Below are positions 47,606 through 64,000 of a stretch of DNA of 64,000 nt, piece after piece. How positions within the stretch are numbered: position 1 is the stretch's first letter; each line of letters begins with the position of its first letter. The position numbers and the translations under genes were made by a program. Origin of the DNA: the human T2T-CHM13v2.0 reference genome, Homo sapiens; the NCBI RefSeq assembly GCF_009914755.1, contig NC_060925.1, one strand, 5' to 3'. A model generated the notes under the pieces. That model saw nothing but the letters and a program-made list of their open reading frames with translations. It did not search any database and was not told the origin of the DNA.

Positions 47606-50514
47606 TTAAATAGAACACACTGCTCAATTTTTAAAACTAAAAATAGCTTTCACTTTAAATGAAAAGAAATGGCAGTGTTACATTTAGAAGAGAGATAAAG
47701 GCTTATAGCTGAACAGCAGCCCTGTTCTTCCCTCGTTAATTAATCGACAAAGATTTAAGACCACTACTTTATTTCAAGATCAGTTAGTAAAAGAAGGGGC
47801 AAGACCGGGCAGGAATGAACCCATGCCCTCTGAGGCTCTGAAAGTCACAGGGCAGGCCCATTCTGATTTGAAGTGTATATTTATTGAAGAGGTGAGGGGT
47901 AGAGAATGGAGAGAAAATGGATGGCTCACAAGTGGAAGAATAATTCATTTTGGAAAATGAATGTAATACGTACATGTACGTAAATATGTATGTTTGCTCA
48001 TATATGGTAAGAGAAAACAGTTCTTAGGGAAATTATACAAAATATTCTAACACACAATTGCATTTAAGAGGTTGTAATATGCGTCACTTTAAGTCACCCA
48101 AAGAATTGCAGCATATTCTCTTCTAATATTTTCTAATACTTAGCATTCAATCAATACTATTTTCAAATACTGTTTCTAGTTCTGGGCTCCACAACTTACT
48201 AAGGATAAAGAAATTCAATAGATGGTCCAGTGATGAGCTTAAAGGTTTAGGAAATTAGACCTAAGAAAGAAAGCTAAATAATGCCTTTCTTTGGTCTAAA
48301 GGACATAAAAGAATTGAATATGTAAGAAGTAGGCAGTTGCTATTATGGGTCCAATTTAAAATAAATAATAGGGTGACTATCAGAACATACATAAAAGATT
48401 AAGCAACTGACAAGAAGGAACATTCTGTTTATAAAACTGATAAGCAGTAAGGCTGGCCAGAAGCAAAATGGAGTGCAACAGAAACTAACTCAAGCATCTA
48501 TCCACAGTACAAAGCTCAGAAAAGATGAAAGTAGGAATATGAAAACCAATATGAAATACAAGAAAGGACAGTTGGATAGTGAGATTTGGACACGCTGTAT
48601 TTCTTATAAAGGCCAGAGGTATAAAGTGCTTTGACTCATTCATTCTACATTCATTACTAGGGAAAAGAGTATCAGTCCTGTCTACCCCTTTAAGAGCTTA
48701 CTTCTAAAAGGGCAAGTCAGCACATTTTAAATCAATATTGCAATTTTTGAATAGACATTTTCCTTCAGAAAGGATAATCTGTTCACATTCAAACCTGGTC
48801 TAAATTAAACTCTCTTTTAAACCAACAATTTACCTTCTCCCTTCCTGACTCTACACTCAACAAAACAACCTTTTGACAATTAACTTGTTTCCCAGTATGC
48901 TGACCCTAGAAAGAGGGTACCCTAAGAGGAAAACATACATCAATTCTTACACCAAGCATAAATTATTCCCCATTCTTAAGTTTGTTGAGTATAATTAACA
49001 CAAAATAGTTTTCCAAAGGTATAATCAACCATAAGTAGCTTAAATTTTGTTTCTTGAATTCAAGAGGAAACTAGGCCCTAGAGAGGCTAGTGCATTAATC
49101 GGTTGAATAAAGTGATGAATCAGTACAGAACATTTCAAATACAGGGAAGAGATATTACACTGGCAATAGTGAAACACGGTTCTGCTTACACTTTAGTGTA
49201 AGAGTGAACAAATAGGAAGTAATCTGTGATTCTATCGCTGCTAAGCCCTGGAACATTTACTAAGAGAATAGAAACTTTTACTCTGGAGATTTTTTTCTCT
49301 TTTAAAATAATGGATAGGCAAGTGGTTTTGGGGGCTGTTTTGGGGTTTCAACTCTCAGAGAAAATTCAGTTAATTAGATGGCCTTGGGAAATTTTTTCTG
49401 TGTTATTCTATTATTCTCCATCCTTACAAAAAAAAAGTTATCTACTAAGAGCATTAGGAGATCTTCTGATATAGTACGTAAGGATCATCAAAGATGTCTC
49501 TGACAAAAATTTCTGCCTGCTACTATTGCAAGAGTAACCATAAGATAAAATTGTTCACCATAACAACATACTGCTACAAGTATTTCTTAGGAAATACATG
49601 TGTTGTTCCCAACCCTGTTCCTCCTCTATATCACCCTGCTTTACAATATGACTTGACCAGGTGTTCACTGGGATGAAAGATTAGAAGCCAAGAGTAGGTC
49701 CCTCACTTCTCCCTTTCACTTCGAACCCCTCAGCAGGGCTTAATGTCTAGCTTTGAAGCCCAACAGACTAGCTCTTATACTTACTAGTTATATGATCTAA
49801 GACAAGCTATTTAACCTTTTTGAGCATTTTCTCATTTCTCAAATAGGTAAAATAGCTATATACATCTCAAGATGCTTTTGCTAATACAATTATGTACAAC
49901 AATCACCTTGTCCAGAAGGAAAAAATGGAGGGAGGGAGGGATAAATTACAGTACAGACCACTAAATGCTAAACATGTAAGCACAAGAGGCAAGAAAAACA
50001 AAAGAACAGCACCAAACTCAGCGTCATGGCATTGTAAAAGCATGATGTGTGACAGTATACACATGGTAAACGAGGAAGGACCAGTAGTGCAGGAGAGCTG
50101 GGTCTTATGGTGTGTGAAGAGAAAAGACGAGGCTGGAGAAACAGGGCCTGAGGGCCATGTTAAGGAGGGGGACCATGGCCAGTTTTACCCAAGGATGTAC
50201 CATGATCAAATGTGCTTCTGTAGGAGGACCACTCTGGTGGCACTGTACAAGACAAACCAACCTGGGCCAGGGCTGGAGGCAAGAAGATAACCTACATACA
50301 CAATCTCTTCTTTATTTAGATAGTTTTGTCATTGTTTTAAGTAACATTCTCCCTCCCCTTTTAATCCAAATGATAGCTACTTCACAAGGGGTCTCCAACT
50401 GAAAAATGACTGGGTCTCACAGACAAGATCTATACAATCTGGTATAAGTACCAAAGGATTCAAAGTAAAAATGAGAAAATATGGAAAAAAATGTTCATTT
50501 CCACTAGGAATCAA

Positions 50515-52130
50515 TGAGCTTCTAGCCAAGATGGATTAACAGGGACCAGATTCATTCTCCCACCTTAAACAACTAAAAACACCAGATAAAATACATGAAC
50601 CATTTTCAGACATCAGACATTAAGCAACTCAAGGCAGTGGTCCCTGGAGGAGGGAACCAATGAGGTGAGCCCTACAATTGCTGGAGTCTACTGCCTAGAG
50701 AAAGTTTTCAGGCCACAGAGCAGGGAGGAGGAAGCTAGGTGGCGCCCAGCAGACACATGAGTTGAGAAGATAGGGTGGGAGTTTAGGGAACTTTGAGTGG
50801 CTACAGTTCTTCAAGACTGAGTGTGGAAGGGAAAAGAGCTGCACAGATAGAGAACCCCAGAAATCTGCAGATTCCCCTTTGAGTACCAGTGTGAGAAAAC
50901 TACCCAAGACTGGGAAAAGGACTACCCAAGAAGAAAATGTTTTTTTTTTAAAAAAAAAAAGCCCCAGAACTCACACAGGGCCAGGTATAGTTCATGTTCC
51001 CACCAGCCATGGTGAGAAAACCTCATTAACACCCGGATCACAGGGTTAAGCAGTCAGAAGGGTATTGAATAACATGGCGAAATTTGCTGATCTAAAAGCA
51101 AATCTTCCAAGGATCAAACTGATTCCAAGTAACTTCACTGTGTCCCAGAACAAAGCTTAAGAATATTTTTTAAAGTACAAGACTATCCAGCACCCAGCAA
51201 TATAATGTGCCCTAGTGATTCACTAGAGATCATATGTCTAGTGATCAAAAACTACCAGGCATGCAAAAAGTAGAAAACCGTAACATTTAACCAGGAAGCG
51301 AAACTAACCAATAAAAACACATTCAGAAATAACACAACAGAACTAGTAGACAAGAACATTAAGTTATGATAGCTATACTCCGTATGTTCAAGAAGGCACA
51401 GAAAAACATAAGCATGTTAAGGAGAGCCACAGAACACATATATAAAAGACCCAAATTAATCTAGAGATGAAAATACACTAGATGAGATTAACAGCAGATA
51501 AAACACTATAGAAGACCGATGAACTTGAGTCATAACAATAGAAATTACCTGAAAACAAAACACACACACACAGGGGGTGGGAGGGAAGGCTCAGAAGGAG
51601 AAAAAAACCCATAAACACACCCAAAAACTGGAAAATGAACTGAGCATCAGTGACGTGGGATAGCTTCAGGCAGCCCAATATATGTGTAATTGGAGGCCCT
51701 GAAGGAGAAGTGATGGAAGAGGGGGCAAAAAAAAAAACTAAAGAAATCATGGCCAAATTTTTTTTCCAAATGAAACAAATTTACAGATCCAAGAAGATCA
51801 ATAAACCTCAGGAAAAATACATATGAAGAAAACTGCACCAAAAGACATCATAATCAAATTGCTTAAAACCAGTGATAAGGAGAAAAATATTAAAACAGCC
51901 AGGGGTGGGGGGTAGAGGGAGTACATTACATACAAAGATACAAAAATAAAAATGACAGTAAATTTCTCTTCTGAAACAATACAAATCAGAAGACAGTGGA
52001 GCAACATCTTTAAAGTACTGAAAGAAAAAACTATTTACCTACAATTCATTCAAAAATTAATGCAAAAGAAAGACTTTTTTAGACATACAGAATCTGAAAG
52101 AGTACCAACAGACCTGCACTATAAGAAATG
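50515..52130 (+). mobile_element. Ancient L1M 5'UTR/ORF1 region
   Basis: cttctagccaagatgg start-like motif, ORF1-like aaagacatcataatcaaattgcttaaaacc and agaagacagtggagcaacatctttaaagtactg. Confidence 0.6.
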
Positions 52131-52133
52131 CTA

Positions 52134-53166
<1,033 letters not shown>

Positions 53167-53669
53167 TTAACTAGAAAAATCACTTAAAAGAAAACTGAGG
53201 GCTAATATGATTGTAGGTGTGGTCACAGAGTGGGATCTATTCAGTTATGGAATAAATTGGGGTGAAGGCAGGTTCAGAGCACGATCATCAGACAAGTGTT
53301 TCTGATTAATAAACACTTAATAATAAGCAGTGGGTTTTTGATTAATAAAACACCACACAGGTATCAAAGGAAAAGTAAAGGGGAGGGTAAAGTAAAAAGA
53401 AATGAAATTTAGTATCAGACAACAGATTTCAGAGCAAAAAATATTATTAGATATTACCCAGGATCAATAAAAGTCATTTCCTAACAATAAAGGAGCCAAT
53501 TCTTAACAGCCCTACAATGCTGCTCATTCACAGGAAAAAAAATGGGCAAATGAAAATAATAAATTATCTGCTTTGAGTTATCTTTGGTTTATCGAATTAA
53601 AAATAAATTTTTAATAACGGGGAAAATACTTCGTTGGGAGAAAATTCTATATGAATATTTTGATATTTC

Positions 53670-54727
<1,058 letters not shown>

Positions 54728-54871
54728 TAACATACTTATGACAAAAAGTCACCACAGACCTACCACTCAGCTATCCATGATTCTTATTTTGATGTATTCT
54801 CTTCTGAATTTTCTTTCTATAATGAACATCTGGTACTTCTGATCTTTAAGACTATAAAAAGTTTAACTATC

Positions 54872-58657
<3,786 letters not shown>

Positions 58658-58745
58658 GGAGGCAGGATTATCACTTGTTCCTCGCAGCTCTGGACTCCCA
58701 GGAAGAGGCAGCCTGGTCAGATTCTGGGAAACAAAAGAAACCTTT

Positions 58746-58818
58746 TGTTTCCGTCAAGTTTCAAACAGAGGACCTTCCGTGTGTTAGGCCAGCGTGGTAA
58801 CTACTACACCACAGAAAC
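58746..58818 (-). pseudogene. tRNA-Val(AAC) pseudogene
   Basis: - strand reads GTTTCTGTGGTGTAGTAGTTACCACGCTGGCCTAACACACGGAAGGTCCTCTGTTTGAAACTTGACGGAAACA; 73 nt, 14 mismatches to recalled tRNA-Val-AAC; anticodon 58783-58785; B box degraded. Confidence 0.9.
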
Positions 58819-59001
58819 CCTTTGCATTGCAGGCTTTTTATGTTTTGCGATGAGTATTAAATACTTGTTTTTACAATTTTTTTTAGTTGACAAATAAAAA
58901 TTGTATATATTTATGATGTAAAAAAAAAGTTTAACTCTCTTTTTTTTAAAGGGAACATCTACAAATCTATGAAATCTTCCCAATTAAAGTAACGATACTT
59001 A

Positions 59002-59460
<459 letters not shown>

Positions 59461-59683
59461 TTACAAACATGAAAACCTGCCAAAGGAGATGTCCAAGAGC
59501 CAACATCCAGATGGGAAGTATTGAACAAAAACTTGTTTTATATACTAAGGTGAGCATGTGGAAATGTTTTTCCATTTTATAAAAACGTTACGGCCTAATG
59601 TTGCAACAAAGTCGAACTGCAAACATCACAAAGAAACCTCAGAGCAATGTCTGAGTTCTGGAAGGAAATAAATTGGAACATAC

Positions 59684-59829
59684 CCTTATTATCCTGGCAG
59701 CCTCCAAAAGGATTCGGCAACGCTCCATGCCAGATTTTTGACTCCATATTTTAAAAGCAGCCTTTGCATTTTGAACAGCCAAATTTACTTCCTTTTCTCC
59801 TGAACATGTGAAAGTAGCTATCACTCGGC
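59684..59829 (-). CDS. ALDH9A1: ALDH9A1 exon 2
   Basis: Encodes (G)RVIATFTCSGEKEVNLAVQNAKAAFKIWSQKSGMERCRILLEAARIIR. Confidence 0.97.
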
Positions 59830-59885
59830 CTATAAAGAGCGGAAACATCAGTTTTAACTCAAATTGTTGCCACATATTTAAATAA

Positions 59886-60590
<705 letters not shown>

Positions 60591-61659
60591 TAACTGTATT
60601 TTGCGGTCATTGACATTAGGAGTCTGATAAAAGTTGCAGACCTCTCTCCAGAAAAATCTACTTAAACATATAACAGAATTACAGGAATGTCATGTCCCCT
60701 GCCCTAAACTCATCAAGGATTTAGAGTTAAGAACCCCTGCCCTCTACTATTTTACAGTTGAGTTTACTAACATTAACTTCTGATTAAGTTTTGCAACACT
60801 CCTAAACATTATCTCAGAATCTCAGGGGTCTTGTAAAATGAAAGTCAAAAGTAATCAGTCTATTGGGTTATAAACTCTGACTGTAAATCCCTTGTCTATA
60901 TTCTATGTAGGTTATATCATACTACTTGATACTTGATAAATATAGTTAATAAGCAGTAATATCAGGATAAGGCAACCCTAAAGGAACATTTTTTTTTTCT
61001 CAAAAATTCCCAGATTTCCTTTTCTTATTCCACCTTTATTCCCTCTCCCTATTCTGGTGCAAATTATGAAACAATCAGTTTTTCTAGGCCCATAGCCCAA
61101 GGACTGTACTGCCTCTACCAACAAGAATTCTTTAAGTTTGCCAACTCAGCAAATCCTCTTCACAAGAACTCCTGGGACTCTTTCCAGGGAGATTTCACAA
61201 ATCTGCAATTTCTGTTACAAACTTGAATAGCCAGCTGGTAAAGGCGGTGGCTGAGGATCACACACACTGTAGGCAATTAAAGCAAAGAGCAATTTTTCTT
61301 TCTTTTGTATCAGGATTAAGTCGGGGTAGAGAAGCTGTTTCCTCCTATATAAAGAAGAGATGTGATAATGCCTTCTGGCTCTGCCAAGTCACTGCTCTGT
61401 GGTTTAGTGTGGATGGTCAAATACTAAATTCTCCAGTCCCCTGCAAATCAGTTTTATTGCTCTGGCTACATTTTACACAAAATATTTACATTTTTCTCCC
61501 CACATATATTCCATAAAACCCAGCAAAATAAACACAACACAAAACCAAAACAAAAAGCCCCTTCTTCCTTATCTCTGTGACCTTCAGAGTTCCCAGAGTA
61601 AATCCAGTGCCTAGCACAGTGCTTAGCACACATTAAGCACTGGATTAAAAAGTTTTATT

Positions 61660-61925
61660 TCAGCAAGATGAATAAATTGTGGAGAGCTCACGTAGACCAT
61701 GGTGACTATGGTTACCAATACTGCATCATATACTTGAAATTTGCTAAAAGAATAGATCTTAAATATTTCACTATCCAAAAAAAGCCATTAACTATGCAGA
61801 AGCAATGGATAATTAGATTGACCGTGGTAACCATTTTGCAAGGTATACATACATTACAACACGTTTTACACCTTAAGTATATACAATTTTTATTTGTTAA
61901 TTATACTTCAATAAAGCTGGGGAAG
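61660..61925 (+). mobile_element. L1MA-type 3' end fragment
   Basis: catggtgactat...tacttgaaatttgctaa.agaatagatcttaaat...ttatacttcaataaagctgg. Confidence 0.75.
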
Positions 61926-62175
61926 AAAGTACTGAATAAAGGTGGGGTTTTTTCCTTTCCCAATTCTGATTAATGTGCAGAAATATTTTAATATTAGAAT
62001 GTGGAGACAAAGTCCTCATTCGTAGTCATTAGAAACTATCTGTGAGCGTTCCTTCATTCCCAGCACAAATGATTATCTTCCCCACAACCCCGCCCCGTTC
62101 TTTTAGAATTCCTCTCCTATGCACACATTTGAAGACAATAATACATCAGTCCTGGTTTTAAAAGGGGGAACAGTT

Positions 62176-62502
<327 letters not shown>

Positions 62503-62729
62503 GGAAGTTAACAGAGGCACGACTTCCCCCACCAGTACTTTGCGAACTCTGTTCTGGCCCGGGTAAAACAACTCACGATCCTACCACGCAACTCATCAGC
62601 TTTTCTTTTCCTCCCTACCCATCCCTGCCCGGAGGCACTCGCGTTGCCCCAGAATCGCTAGTTGCCTACACACACAACCTTAGACTCTCCACTGTCACTG
62701 TCTTGTGCTCAAGTCAACGCTGCAGAACA

Positions 62730-63135
62730 CAGGAAACGGGGGCTGGCCGGGAAATCCGCGCATCCGGCCCCAGGGCGCCCCAGCCTCCCCGGCTCGTTGC
62801 AGTTACCGGTTGCTGGCTCGAAAGCTTTCTCGGTACCGGAGGCGTCCGCCGGCTCCACGCGGGCCCCGCCGCGGTAATTGAGCGGCTGCGACACGACGAA
62901 GGTGCCAGTGCTCATGGCGGCGACAGGAGAGGGCCGAAGACTGCGAAGAAGCGGGGAGAGCGCGGCCAGGCCTGCTCGGAGAAACATGAGTGGCGGACGC
63001 AGCTCCGCGGCAGAGGCTGACGGGCCGCGGGAGGGGCGGGGCCGCGGGAGGGGCGGGGCCGCGGGATCGGTTCTAGGAGATTTTAGGGGCAGTCACTCGA
63101 TTCCTCTGCGGTCCAGGCCAGGCCCTCCCCTCGCC
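62730..63135. promoter_or_regulatory. ALDH9A1: CpG-island promoter of ALDH9A1 with tandem GC boxes
   Basis: High GC and CpG density over exon 1; GGGGCGGGG repeated within 63022-63066. Confidence 0.85.
62807..62987 (-). CDS. ALDH9A1: ALDH9A1 (4-trimethylaminobutyraldehyde dehydrogenase) exon 1; total CDS 1557 nt = 518 aa
   Basis: Encodes MFLRAGLAALSPLLRSLRPSPVAAMSTGTFVVSQPLNYRGGARVEPADASGTEKAFEPATG; donor G|gtaact; exon lengths 181+146+130+135+197+141+189+88+142+113+95=1557. Confidence 0.97.
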
Positions 63136-63486
63136 AGGAGGGTGGAGCAAGACACCACATTCTCCCCACCATCCCGCCATACCCCACACAGTCTCCAGGC
63201 GGGAAGAGGACTTCCTTCTTCGTGATCAATATTTGCGTAGCACTTTGCAAGTGTTTTCGGGTTCATCATTGCATGTAAGCATCCTAGGATCCCATTCTTA
63301 ATCCTATCGCCTGAAGAAGGCAGAGGATTGGAGTGCCAAGAGTCTTTGGTGGTTACTTCACTGCTAAACCACCGTTTCTGTAATTGTATAATGCTTTTTA
63401 AAGGGTGACAGTAAAAAGCAAGGGGACTGTGAACGAGATAGATGATATTGTGATCTGAAACTGCTTTTTAAATTCTTAAAGAGATA

Positions 63487-64000
<514 letters not shown>

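Noticed and set aside
58746-58818. Functional tRNA-Val gene
   Set aside because: B box GGTTCGAAACC is changed to TGTTTGAAACT and stems are mismatched, so it is called a pseudogene.

Overview
Primate (human-like) genomic DNA with two convergent protein-coding genes. MGST3 is on the + strand: five coding exons at 14277-19941, 152 aa, with its non-coding first exon not seen in the window. ALDH9A1 is complete on the - strand: 11 coding exons at 62987-27487, 518 aa from the first ATG or 494 aa from the second, with a CpG-island promoter at about 63 kb. All splice sites are GT-AG and the exon phases join into intact proteins. The rest is dense in Alu, L1, MIR, L2, MaLR/ERV LTR and DNA-transposon relics, and most entries in the supplied ORF track are Alu/L1 artefacts. 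The most unusual structures are L1-machinery products inside ALDH9A1: (1) an internally deleted L1PA whose target-site duplication (TSD) encloses a ~260-bp 3' transduction carrying a tRNA-Val(AAC) gene copy; (2) a processed, poly(A)-tailed, apparently spliced MER41 endogenous-retrovirus RNA (R-U5-PBS...PPT-U3-R-polyA with a 19-bp TSD); (3) RPS13 and long-3'UTR RPL21 retrocopies in the same intron; (4) a sense Y3 RNA retrocopy in the 3'UTR. Two diverged local duplications also begin at ALDH9A1 splice sites. Repeat family names come from recalled consensus sequences, not database searches, and repeat boundaries are approximate.
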